Source: Nitrosopumilaceae archaeon (GTDB taxonomy: Archaea > Thermoproteota > Nitrososphaeria > Nitrososphaerales > Nitrosopumilaceae). Taken from it: a stretch of DNA of 34,955 nt. The stretch spans positions 1-34,955 of the forward strand of contig JAGWAW010000003.1 of NCBI GenBank assembly GCA_021296165.1, in the 5' to 3' direction. This document shows, piece after piece, positions 26,518 through 34,902 of this stretch. The notes beneath the pieces were generated by a model that made no database searches, had not been told where the DNA came from, and was given only the letters and a program-made list of their open reading frames with translations. Position 1 is the stretch's first letter. Each line of letters begins with the position of its first letter. The translations under genes were made by a program, and so were the position numbers.

Positions 26518-27816
26518 CTAAGGTGTGTATTCTTCGGTAATTTCTCTGACTACGCCGGCGGCTATGGTTGCCCCCATATCCCGGAGCGCAAACCGGCCCA
26601 TCTCCGGAAACTCCTTGAATGTCTCTATTGGTGTGGGCCGGACGGGCCGTATCTTCACAATGGCCGAATCGCCCACCTTGAGGAACTTGGGGTTTGTCTC
26701 CTCGGCGGCGCCAGTGGCCGGGTTTATCTTTTCGAGGAACTCGGTCATCGTGGCAGCGACTTGAGCCGTGTGGCAGTGCATGACCGGAGTGTATCCGGGG
26801 GCTAGGGCAGTGGGGTGGTGAATAACAATGATCTGGGCCTTGAACTCCTTGGCTACTTTGGGGGGATTGTCAGGTGATCCCATGACATCGCCTCTCTTTA
26901 TGTCCTTTTTATCTACGCCGCGGAGGTTGAAGCCTATGTTGTCACCGGCCTGCGCGGACGGCATCGCGGTGTGGTGCGTCTCAATGGATTTTATCTCTCC
27001 GGGAGCGCCCGAGGGCATTACAACTATCTTGTCGCCAGGCCTCATGGTTCCGGTCTCAACTCGGCCCACCGGAACGGTCCCCACGCCGGTGATTGTGTAC
27101 ACGTCCTGAATGGGCACCCTGAGGGGCTTACCCACCGGCTTCTCGGACATCTTGAAGTCGTCGAACGCCTCCAGCAATGTTTTGCCCTTGTACCAAGGCA
27201 TCTTCTCGGACTTCTTAACTAGATTGTCCCCTTTCCAGCCAGATACGGGGACGAACGGAACCGAGTCGACCTTGTAACCAACCGACCGGACCAGTTTCTT
27301 ACCCTTCTCCACGGCCGCGTTGAAGCCGTCTTCCTTGTAGTCAACCGCGTCCATCTTGTTGATCGCCACGATGATCTGGCCTACGCCCAGCGTCTTTAGC
27401 AGGAACGCGTGCTCGCGGGCCTGGCCGCCGGGAGCTATCGCAGTATCGGTCTCGCCTTCTTTGGCGGAGAGCACCAGTACGGCGCAGTCTGCTTCTGAGG
27501 CTCCGGTAATCATATTTTTAACGAAATCACGGTGACCGGGCGCATCTATTAGCGTGAAAAAGAACTTTTTCGTCTCAAATTTCTGAAATGCCAGATCTAT
27601 TGTAATACCTCTTTCACGTTCGTCTTTTATGTTGTCCATTACCCAAGCATACTTGAAGGTGTCACCCTTGCCAGTCTTTTCGGACTCGGCGGCATGGGAG
27701 GCGATGGTCCTCTCGTCCACCACGCCCAGATCCATCAAGAAGTGGCCCATGGTTGTGGACTTGCCGTTGTCGATGTGACCTGTGATTATCAGGTTCAGGT
27801 GGTCTTTTTCCGCCAT
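26518..27816 (-). CDS. tuf: translation elongation factor EF-1 alpha
   Basis: 432 aa with G1 GHIDNGKST, G3 DAPGHRDF and G4 NKMD. Confidence 0.97.
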   Translation of the reverse strand: MAEKDHLNLIITGHIDNGKSTTMGHFLMDLGVVDERTIASHAAESEKTGKGDTFKYAWVMDNIKDERERGITIDLAFQKFETKKFFFTLIDAPGHRDFVKNMITGASEADCAVLVLSAKEGETDTAIAPGGQAREHAFLLKTLGVGQIIVAINKMDAVDYKEDGFNAAVEKGKKLVRSVGYKVDSVPFVPVSGWKGDNLVKKSEKMPWYKGKTLLEAFDDFKMSEKPVGKPLRVPIQDVYTITGVGTVPVGRVETGTMRPGDKIVVMPSGAPGEIKSIETHHTAMPSAQAGDNIGFNLRGVDKKDIKRGDVMGSPDNPPKVAKEFKAQIIVIHHPTALAPGYTPVMHCHTAQVAATMTEFLEKINPATGAAEETNPKFLKVGDSAIVKIRPVRPTPIETFKEFPEMGRFALRDMGATIAAGVVREITEEYTP

Positions 27817-27837
27817 GCCAGTCCGGCCCTACTGCCA

Positions 27838-27848
27838 GAATATATACC
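27838..27848 (-). promoter_or_regulatory. TATA box for tuf-rps10-rpoP operon
   Basis: The minus strand reads GGTATATATTC, 22-32 nt upstream of ATG 27816. Confidence 0.55.
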
Positions 27849-28021
27849 ATACGACTATGTCCGCCACCAGGGCCCCAGCCGCCTATTGGCGCCGCGCCGG
27901 AGGGTAGGGCGGGAGATGCGGCTGCCGCCGTAGGTTTGGGATGTCGTGGTGGTACAATTGGCGACTCCGTTCCGGATCCCACCGGGTGGCACCGCCGGTC
28001 TCGTCGCCGGATCTGCACCGC

Positions 28022-28950
28022 GAATACTGTGACACACCGGCCGTGCCTGGAGACGCGACTGGTAATTGGCCGCGGGAACGGATGCGGGATCCCATGACCG
28101 ATCTGTAAGATCATATCCCCCGGTCCGGCAAGCCATGCAGCCTGCAAGATAATGCCAAGAAATGCCCGCACGTTCGGGACGGCCGCCGGTATGCCGCCCC
28201 GGCATTCTGATTTTTCGATGCATGATACCAAAAAAGATCATACGGGGGCTAGGCAAGAAACCTCGAACGGCCTGACCATCAGTACCTGGTCGGCTCGGAG
28301 GCTCCCGCCCCCTCTTCTGCGGACGGGGTCCTGCGGCCCTGATGGTTCTGATGGGGGCGCCTGTCTCAAGCAACATAGACATGATGGTTACGATCATGGC
28401 GTGCCTTCTAATCTCCCAAAAAGCCTGCAAACGATCCGGAGGGACGGCACCCCATACTGCAACCGGCGCGGTCTGACACGAGTCTGCGCCATGCCGCCAG
28501 AACCAGAACCCTGGTGGCCGGGTTCTGGCATGCAATCGGCTTCGACGGGCTGATCACCGCCGGAACGGCTTCATACAACACCCGGCGCTTTCCGGCAGAC
28601 TTTCGTGCGGAGAGTGCGGGGTTTGTCAGCTATCACCTGAGACACTGCGTGGACCCGGTGCATGCCTTCATGGGCTAGGGTTACTTGGTGGCCATACTGT
28701 GCCTCCCAGATCAGGCGCAGGCCGGGCAGGGACACAGCCCACAGGCCCATTCCGGGATCTGCATACGCATCAGGAATGCCTCTAGAGTGTCAGGGTGCAT
28801 TATTCCATGAAAGACCGGCACGGTCACCGACTGGAACGGCACAGACACGTCCGCGGCATCGTCGGGGGGTGGCCGACTAGGCCGCCCTGAGGGTGTTTGG
28901 GATCCTCCGAAGAGCCGCGTGACGTATCATAGATCGCGTCTCCGACCGTC
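28022..28950 (+). mobile_element. heavily eroded second copy (copy B) of the same IS family
   Basis: Colinear nucleotide similarity to copy A. 28165-28221 versus 24242-24297 is about 74% identical. 28451-28478 versus 24642-24669 matches 25 of 28. 28709-28726 versus 24950-24967 matches 18 of 18. 28805 onward aligns with 25066 onward. There are net deletions of about 160 nt and no intact reading frame. The ends are approximate. Confidence 0.55.
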
Positions 28951-29147
28951 TTCTGGGTACAGTCGGCGGCTGGGGCATACTCGACCCCTTGGTCTAGGCC
29001 TGATTTCGACGTAATGCGGATGTCTCGGTCTTGCAAGCGGCGCAGAACGGCATCAATTGGCAACATACGGCAGCGTGTGGCGTCGACATGCACGGCGCGC
29101 CTAAAATTAGCGGAGGAGTTGAGCATGTACGGCGGCCGGTTTTCAAC

Positions 29148-29157
29148 AAATAAATCA
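29148..29157 (+). promoter_or_regulatory. TATA box for fbp
   Basis: AAATAAATCA is centred about 27 nt upstream of GTG 29179. Confidence 0.5.
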
Positions 29158-29178
29158 AAGTGCCAATCTAGCCATGTT

Positions 29179-30312
29179 GTGAGGATCACCGTCTCCGCAA
29201 TAAAGGCCGATGTTGGGGGTGTGGGAGGGCATACCCTGCCCAGCGACGGCTTGCTCGGAGCGGTGAGGGATACAGTTGAGGAGTCAGGCGATCTGCTACT
29301 GGACTACTACATAGGGTACTGCGGGGATGATGTACACATCATAATGAGCCACACCCGGGGGATGGACGACTCCAGGATACACTCGCTGGCGTGGGACGCT
29401 TTCATGGCAGGCACGCGGGTTGCCAAGAGCGAGGGGCTGTACGGCGCCGGCCAGGACCTGCTGAGCGACTCATTCTCCGGCAACGTAAAGGGCATGGGCC
29501 CGGGAGCCGCCGAGTTGGAGTTTGAGGAGAGGCCCAACGAGGCATTTGTAGTATTTGCCGCCGACAAGACCGAACCGGGGGCCTTCAACTATCCATTGTA
29601 TCGGCTCTTTGTGGACTCGCTTAGCAATACCGGACTGATAGTCAACAAGTCGCTGGCCGGCGGTGTCCGGTTCAGGGTGATGGACGTGGAGGAAGGGAGC
29701 GTGGCGGAGCTGGACCTGTGGGAGGACAAGCCCACGCTGGAGGCGGCGCTGATGTATCCGGGCCGCTACGTCGTCGAGTCCGTACAAACCAAGGGCGGCG
29801 AGCCAATCGTGGCCGCATCCACCGACCGGCTACACAACATAGCCGGGACGTACGTGGGCAAGGACGATCCCATATGCATAGTACGCACCCAGAAGATGTT
29901 CCCAGCCACCGAGGAGGCCGGAAGCGTCTTCAACAACCCACATCTGGTGGCGGGTAACACCCGTGGAAGTCACAACATGCCCCTGATGCCGGTCCGACTC
30001 AACTCGGCGGCCTCGATCAACTTCTGCATACCTATAGTGGAGGCGGCCGTCTTCAGCATGAAAGGGGGCAGGTTCACCGGTCCGTTTGACGGCTTCTCCA
30101 CGCCTGACTGGGACGCAGTGCGCAGTGTGGCTGCGGAGAGGGCTAGGGCCGTGCGGAGCCAGGGGTTCATACACCCTGCCACGCTGGTGCCATCCGAGCT
30201 GGAGTATGCCGAGGGGTACAGGGCACGGATGGATGTCCTGCGCCAAAAGATGGTGCCGCTGGAGAAGGTCGGCGGGACTGAACTTAAAGATGACTACGAG
30301 GATCCCGACTAG
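29179..30312 (+). CDS. fbp: fructose-1,6-bisphosphate aldolase/phosphatase (class V FBPase)
   Basis: (M)RITVSAIKADVGGVGGH matches the canonical N-terminus. Other motifs include DDVHIIMSHTRG, GNVKGMGPG and NTRGSHNMPLMPV. At 377 aa the size is typical. The track start 29014 is rejected. Confidence 0.92.
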   Translation: MRITVSAIKADVGGVGGHTLPSDGLLGAVRDTVEESGDLLLDYYIGYCGDDVHIIMSHTRGMDDSRIHSLAWDAFMAGTRVAKSEGLYGAGQDLLSDSFSGNVKGMGPGAAELEFEERPNEAFVVFAADKTEPGAFNYPLYRLFVDSLSNTGLIVNKSLAGGVRFRVMDVEEGSVAELDLWEDKPTLEAALMYPGRYVVESVQTKGGEPIVAASTDRLHNIAGTYVGKDDPICIVRTQKMFPATEEAGSVFNNPHLVAGNTRGSHNMPLMPVRLNSAASINFCIPIVEAAVFSMKGGRFTGPFDGFSTPDWDAVRSVAAERARAVRSQGFIHPATLVPSELEYAEGYRARMDVLRQKMVPLEKVGGTELKDDYEDPD

Positions 30313-30313
30313 T

Positions 30314-30826
30314 ATGGCCCGAATACGCCAAACAGCCTTGTCGGTGTGGGGAGGACTGAACCAGCTCTTCACTTGGAAGGTGTATGTACTGACGGCGGTG
30401 GCCACGATTGCCTTCGCCAACGTGGTGCTGGTACTATTTGGAAACACTATCCCCAACGCGTTTTCGATGGTGTTTGGAAACACTATCCCCAACGCGTTTT
30501 GGATGGTATTTGGCAACATGATACCGGGCGTCTTCCAGACGGCCTTCAAGGTGGCGGCCAGCGGCGTGATACTGGGGGCGGTCTTTGTTTTTGCCATGGC
30601 ATGGCTGCTCAAGGCCAAGCCGCACAGCCGGCCCCGGGCCTACAGGGTAGTGATATTCGACGTGTACGGCCGCGAGTCGGCCATAGACGGGCTGCGGCTG
30701 AACTTTCGAAACCACGACGTGGGGTGGAGCTACATGAAACAGTACAAGGCGAGCTACCCGCTGCACAACTTTGCACTCGTATCGGACAGCCCCGAGAGCC
30801 GGCCCACCATATACCGCTACATCTAG
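30314..30826 (+). CDS. membrane protein with internal 12-residue tandem repeat
   Basis: 170 aa with hydrophobic segments (VYVLTAVATIAFANVVLVLF, VILGAVFVFAMAWLL). ATG 30314 is 1 nt after the fbp stop codon. Contains the FGNTIPNAF repeats. Confidence 0.6.
   Translation: MARIRQTALSVWGGLNQLFTWKVYVLTAVATIAFANVVLVLFGNTIPNAFSMVFGNTIPNAFWMVFGNMIPGVFQTAFKVAASGVILGAVFVFAMAWLLKAKPHSRPRAYRVVIFDVYGRESAIDGLRLNFRNHDVGWSYMKQYKASYPLHNFALVSDSPESRPTIYRYI
30437..30544 (+). repeat. 36-bp in-frame tandem repeat (2 near-identical units plus 1 diverged unit)
   Basis: 30437-30472 and 30473-30508 differ at 2 of 36 nt (FGNTIPNAFSMV / FGNTIPNAFWMV). 30509-30544 is a diverged third unit (FGNMIPGVFQTA). Confidence 0.9.
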
Positions 30827-30967
30827 GGTGGCGCGGGTCGCCCACCGTGCAGGGGATCCCGCCACGCCAAGGCACTTTGGACTGAGCGCGGTTTCTCGCC
30901 GCACCCATACCGGTACGGATATCCCGCGCGCCCATATGGCCGCCCGGTAACGAGCCGTCTCAACCCC

Positions 30968-30977
30968 CTTTTATCAC
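30968..30977 (+). promoter_or_regulatory. TATA-like box for DNA ligase
   Basis: CTTTTATCAC is centred about 25 nt upstream of GTG 30997. Confidence 0.45.
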
Positions 30978-30996
30978 AAATCTGAGCAGCGCCGTC

Positions 30997-32742
30997 GTGC
31001 GCTTTGGGGTGCTAGCAGAGACGTTCGGCAGGATGGAGTCCACCAGCAAAAGGCTGGAGCTGACCGCCTACTTGGTAGAGATGTTCAGACAGACGCTGCC
31101 CGACGTGGTGGCGCGCACCGTGTATCTGCTCCAAGGCAAGGTAAGGCCCGACTACGAAGGGGTGGAGCCGGGCGTGGCCGAGAAGATGGCCATGAAGGCC
31201 GTGGCCAAGTCCTCTGGAGTGTCCGTACGCGAGGTTGATGCCCAGTACAAGAAGTGCGGGGATCTGGGGGAGGCCGCCTCGGTGGTTCTGGAAGAGAAGA
31301 CCCAGACAACGTTTCTGGTAGAGGAGATAACTGTGGAGCGGGTCTACGACACGCTGTATCGCATAGCCAAACTGGAAGGGGCTCGCTCCCAAAACATGAA
31401 GATGAAGTACGTGTCCAGCCTTCTGAATGATGCCACGCCTCTGGAGGCTCGCTTCATACTGAAGATACTGCTGGGGACGATGCGGTTGGGGGTGGCCGAG
31501 AACACCATAATGGATGCCTTGGCCGAAGCGTACACCGGGGAGCGATCCAACAGACCGTTCTTGGAGGGGGCCTACAACGTCTCCAGCGATCTGGGCCGGG
31601 TGGCAGAGACGGCTGCCCGGGACGGCATAGTGGGGATACGGTCGTTCCGGGTGGCGCCGTTCAGCCCGGTGCGGCCCATGCTGGCAGAGCGGGTGCGCAG
31701 TGAGGAGGCGGCCGTCGAGGCGATGGCGGGAGGATCCGCCGAGTACAAGCTGGACGGCGAGCGGGTGCAGATACACACCGATGGCACCCGGACGGAGATA
31801 TTCTCTAGGAGGCTGGAGAGGATAACCGACCAGTACCCCGACGTGGTCGAGGCAGTCCCTGCTATGGTTAAGGCAAACCGGGCAATACTGGAGGCCGAGG
31901 CGGTGGCCATAAACCCCGACACGGGGGCATTCCTCCCGTTCCAAGACCTGATGCACCGGCGGCGCAAGCATGGTATAGAGAAGGCCGTATCCGAGTATCC
32001 GGTGTCGGTGAACTTTTTTGACGTGCTGTATCTGGATGGACAAAGCTATCTGGATATCCCGTACACCGCTCGCCGCCGCGCCCTTGCAGATGCGGTGGTC
32101 CAGGGGGAGATGGCCCGGCTGGTTCCAGCTATAGAGGTGACCAGCGTGGAGTCCCTTGCAGACTTTGTGGAGAACAGTATAAACGCCGGAGGCGAAGGCC
32201 TCATGCTCAAGGCCGCCGACAGCGTATACCGGGCCGGCTCCCGGGGCAAGCAATGGCTGAAGCTGAAGCGCGAGTACCAGGACAGCGTGGGGGACTCGCT
32301 GGATCTGGTGGTGGTGGGGGCCTTCTACGGCCGGGGCCGCCGCACCGGCACGTACGGCACGTTCCTGCTGGCCGCATACGACGACGAGAACGATGTGTTC
32401 CAGAGCGTGTGCAAGGTGGGGACCGGCTTCAAGGACGAGGATCTGGACACGCTCCACCAGCTCCTCAGAGACATGACAATCCCCCGGTGCGATCCCCGGG
32501 TGGACAGCGGCATGGAGCCGGACGTGTGGTTCGCCCCCGAGATGGTGATAGAGGTGGTGGCCTCGGAGATAACGCAGAGCCCGGTGCATCGGGCCGCCGC
32601 CGGTATCGTGCGGAAGGGTACGGGTCTGGCCCTGCGGTTTCCCAAGTTTACCGGCAGGGTGCGCGACGACAAGCTGGCCGAGGATGCCTCCACCGCCCAA
32701 GAGGTGGTGGCCCTCTACCGCGGCCAAAAAAAGATCTCGTAG
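30997..32742 (+). CDS. lig: ATP-dependent DNA ligase
   Basis: 581 aa with adenylation motif I EYKLDGERVQIH, plus EGLMLK and the WLKLK motif, and an OB-fold C-terminus. Confidence 0.95.
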   Translation: MRFGVLAETFGRMESTSKRLELTAYLVEMFRQTLPDVVARTVYLLQGKVRPDYEGVEPGVAEKMAMKAVAKSSGVSVREVDAQYKKCGDLGEAASVVLEEKTQTTFLVEEITVERVYDTLYRIAKLEGARSQNMKMKYVSSLLNDATPLEARFILKILLGTMRLGVAENTIMDALAEAYTGERSNRPFLEGAYNVSSDLGRVAETAARDGIVGIRSFRVAPFSPVRPMLAERVRSEEAAVEAMAGGSAEYKLDGERVQIHTDGTRTEIFSRRLERITDQYPDVVEAVPAMVKANRAILEAEAVAINPDTGAFLPFQDLMHRRRKHGIEKAVSEYPVSVNFFDVLYLDGQSYLDIPYTARRRALADAVVQGEMARLVPAIEVTSVESLADFVENSINAGGEGLMLKAADSVYRAGSRGKQWLKLKREYQDSVGDSLDLVVVGAFYGRGRRTGTYGTFLLAAYDDENDVFQSVCKVGTGFKDEDLDTLHQLLRDMTIPRCDPRVDSGMEPDVWFAPEMVIEVVASEITQSPVHRAAAGIVRKGTGLALRFPKFTGRVRDDKLAEDASTAQEVVALYRGQKKIS

Positions 32743-32847
32743 CGGTTCGCGGCGCACGGCCATGCGGCTGCCGTCAGATATTAGGATCGAAATTGCCTCT
32801 CCTCAAAAGGCTTTAAATTATGTATGCTGATATTGTTGAAAGGCATT

Positions 32848-33501
32848 ATGTATAGCGGAGCTTTGGAGGACCAGGCAAAGAGGAAGGCCACCACTATACT
32901 ACAGGATGAGATAACCCGGATACTCCAAGCCACCCGGGATCTTGCCAACCTGCCTGACCTCATGGCAAAGAGGGACAAGGAGGGCATAGCGAACCTACTC
33001 TCTCAGGTGTCGGACATAGAGAACGAGGTGGAGAGCCACCGGCGCAAGATAACCAAGGAGATGGCCGACGTGGGCGGCCTCATAATGAACCGCGAAAACA
33101 TCCTCAACACGGCCTATACCATCGACGAGATCGGCGGCCACATAACCGGCATAGCCTTCAAACTCTCCAACGTCAAGTCGGCAACCCTGAAGAACTCGAA
33201 GCTGGACAAGGATCTGACCGACCTGCTGGACTTGGTGGTGGGTGAGGTGCAGAAGCTCAGCGAGGTGGCCAGGTACATCAACACCAACAGTGCCGAGGCA
33301 ATCTCGCTTGCCCAGGAAACGCAAGAGATTGAACGCGAGATAGACATCAAGTACCGCAAGGCCACCATCAAGGCAATGAACAGCATCAACAACACGGCCG
33401 AGATGATACTCATGAAGGATGTCATAGAGGGGATAGAGGAGATGGCCGACAAGTGCCAAGAGGTCTCCGACCTGTTCATTATGCTGGCCTTCAGCCTCTG
33501 A
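32848..33501 (+). CDS. DUF47/PhoU-like (COG1392) phosphate-transport-regulator family protein
   Basis: All-helical, about 217 aa, with two repeated halves (ENEVESHRRKITKEM... and EREIDIKYRKATIKAM...) and C-terminal IEEMADKCQEVSDL, as in PhoU_div proteins. ATG 32848 is preferred over 32824 because the TATA box TTTAAATTA abuts 32824. Confidence 0.6.
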   Translation: MYSGALEDQAKRKATTILQDEITRILQATRDLANLPDLMAKRDKEGIANLLSQVSDIENEVESHRRKITKEMADVGGLIMNRENILNTAYTIDEIGGHITGIAFKLSNVKSATLKNSKLDKDLTDLLDLVVGEVQKLSEVARYINTNSAEAISLAQETQEIEREIDIKYRKATIKAMNSINNTAEMILMKDVIEGIEEMADKCQEVSDLFIMLAFSL

Positions 33502-33546
33502 GGGAGTGGCGGACCGGGCCGTGCGGCCGCTTTGGGCCTGCTCTGG

Positions 33547-33557
33547 TTCATATATGC
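33547..33557 (+). promoter_or_regulatory. TATA box for endA
   Basis: TTCATATATGC is centred about 25 nt upstream of GTG 33577. Confidence 0.45.
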
Positions 33558-33576
33558 GCCCGGCGACCCGGCGACC

Positions 33577-34110
33577 GTGAAGGGCAGCCTGGTGGAGAAC
33601 CGCATCATAGTGTGGAACGTGGAGGACTCCCGGAGGCTCTTCGGGGAGGGCTACTACGGCAAGCCCATTGGAATAGCCAAGCCCAAACCCGACGAGATAG
33701 ACGCCCCGCTGGTGCTGGATCTCATAGAAGGGCTGTACCTGCTGGAGATCGGCAGGATAGCGGTCTATCAGGGCCGCCGACGGATGACCGCCGACCTACT
33801 GCTGGAGGTGTGCAGGGAGGAGTACCTCGACTTTGAGAAAAAGTACACCGTATACAGGACGTTCCGGGACATGGGATATGTGGTGAACCCGGGAATAAAA
33901 TTCGGGTGCGACTTTGCCGTGTATGAGAGGGGGCCGGGCATAGACCACGCCCCCTATCTGGTGCATGTGTACGGTTCCCGGGAACCGGTCACATCCACCG
34001 GTCTGGTGCTGGCCGGCCGGCTGGCCACCACCGTCAGGAAGCAGTTCATACTGGCTGTGCCCCGGAGTCGGGGAGTGGACTTTATGGCCCTGGACTGGTG
34101 GAGGGCCTAG
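33577..34110 (+). CDS. endA: tRNA-splicing (BHB) endonuclease
   Basis: (M)KGSLVENRIIVWNVEDSRRLFGEGYYGKP is the N-terminal domain. The catalytic domain contains YTVYRTFRDMGYVVNPGIKFGCDFAVYERGPGIDHAPYLVHV. It is 177 aa, a single-unit form. Confidence 0.9.
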   Translation: MKGSLVENRIIVWNVEDSRRLFGEGYYGKPIGIAKPKPDEIDAPLVLDLIEGLYLLEIGRIAVYQGRRRMTADLLLEVCREEYLDFEKKYTVYRTFRDMGYVVNPGIKFGCDFAVYERGPGIDHAPYLVHVYGSREPVTSTGLVLAGRLATTVRKQFILAVPRSRGVDFMALDWWRA

Positions 34111-34112
34111 CG

Positions 34113-34490
34113 CTATCCCTTGATGTGGCCGGCGATGCGGTCGTATATGCGGAACATCTCCGGCGTGATGCCAAATTCCAAGTGGTTCTTCCACTTGCCG
34201 TGGATTCGCACCACGTCCTCTGTAGGTTCCACGAATATGGTGGCATCCGCCACGCTCTGCTCCGCTATCATCCTGTTCAGGTCGGCGTCCTCGTTTAGCC
34301 GCCGGGCCAGCTGCCCAGGACCCTTCCAAGACGCCGACTCCACCGTCTTTTCCGCAAAGCGTCCCTTGGTGGTGAGGCTAGTCCGGGCCAGCAGATCGCC
34401 GGGCCGCGACTCCTTGGCCCGTACTATGCAGTGGGCCTGGAAGCGGTCCATTGCGCCCCAAACCAACGGATTCGGATCCTGCGGCGCCAT
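34113..34490 (-). CDS. hypothetical protein (125 aa)
   Basis: Only the C-terminal part of the track ORF has ordinary composition (MAPQDPNPLVWGAMDRFQAHCIV...). ATG 34490 lies 5 nt after the upstream gene's stop codon. No domain recognised. Confidence 0.5.
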   Translation of the reverse strand: MAPQDPNPLVWGAMDRFQAHCIVRAKESRPGDLLARTSLTTKGRFAEKTVESASWKGPGQLARRLNEDADLNRMIAEQSVADATIFVEPTEDVVRIHGKWKNHLEFGITPEMFRIYDRIAGHIKG

Positions 34491-34495
34491 TCCAT

Positions 34496-34732
34496 TCACC
34501 CCTTCTGTACCACCTGTATCATGTCTATGTTGGAACCGGATAGGGTCAGGGTTCCGCGGTTCGTGACCATTCGGGGGGTCTGGGAGAAATACCGGCTGTA
34601 GTAGTCGCCCCTCTCCAGATCCTCGGTTCCCGTCTCGTTGGCCTCGGCGTCTATGTCCATCTCTTGGAGCATCTTGGCCAGCTTCTCGGGCCACGTCTCA
34701 GCCGTGAAGGTGTCCGGTTCGGAGTCGTGCAC
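34496..34732 (-). CDS. hypothetical small acidic protein (78 aa)
   Basis: The start is placed at GTG 34732, 22-31 nt downstream of CTTTATTTAT. The upstream part of the track ORF runs through an intergenic direct repeat. Confidence 0.4.
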   Translation of the reverse strand: MHDSEPDTFTAETWPEKLAKMLQEMDIDAEANETGTEDLERGDYYSRYFSQTPRMVTNRGTLTLSGSNIDMIQVVQKG

Positions 34733-34753
34733 GATACGGCCATCCGGCCTCCC

Positions 34754-34763
34754 ATAAATAAAG
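34754..34763 (-). promoter_or_regulatory. TATA box for the 34732 gene pair
   Basis: The minus strand reads CTTTATTTAT. Confidence 0.4.
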
Positions 34764-34796
34764 CATGGCGGCAAGCGGTTCTCGTGCAAACGCGGT

Positions 34797-34902
34797 TGCT
34801 GGGACCAGACTGCTCGTTTCTGCCTCCCGAGTGATGCCGTATGAGGTGTGGACCATGCCACCTGAGGGTGCTGGGACCAGACTGCTCGTTTCTGCCTCCC
34901 GA
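34797..34902. repeat. two perfect 34-bp direct repeats separated by a 38-bp spacer
   Basis: TGCTGGGACCAGACTGCTCGTTTCTGCCTCCCGA occurs at 34797-34830 and again at 34869-34902. A weak third similarity (GACCAGA...TCG) lies at about 34930-34947, close to the window end. Confidence 0.9.

Noticed and set aside
27849-29147. ORFs 27855-28535(-), 28152-28553(+), 28662-28880(+) and 28824-29189(-) as genes.
   Set aside because: The plus-strand ORFs are frame fragments of the eroded IS copy B, and the minus-strand ones have artefactual composition.
33523-33537. A 15-nt identity (GCGGCCGCTTTGGGC) between the region upstream of endA and the plus strand of the carB 22-nt element (15458-15472). This would make that RNA complementary to the candidate intron.
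   Set aside because: A single 15-mer match is about what chance predicts for all-against-all comparison of 35 kb of GC-rich DNA on both strands. It is also partly the palindrome GCGGCCGC, and it lies upstream of the predicted leaderless endA start.
34831-34868. C/D-box sRNA-like elements (GTGATGC ... CTGA) in the spacer between the 34-bp repeats.
   Set aside because: The box spacing is about 24 nt, far too short for a C/D guide RNA. The C box is imperfect and there are no C'/D' boxes.
34797-34902. Calling the 34-bp repeats a CRISPR array.
   Set aside because: Only two perfect units are visible, a third degenerate match is out of register, and there are no cas genes in the window. The repeats are reported as a repeat and a finding instead.
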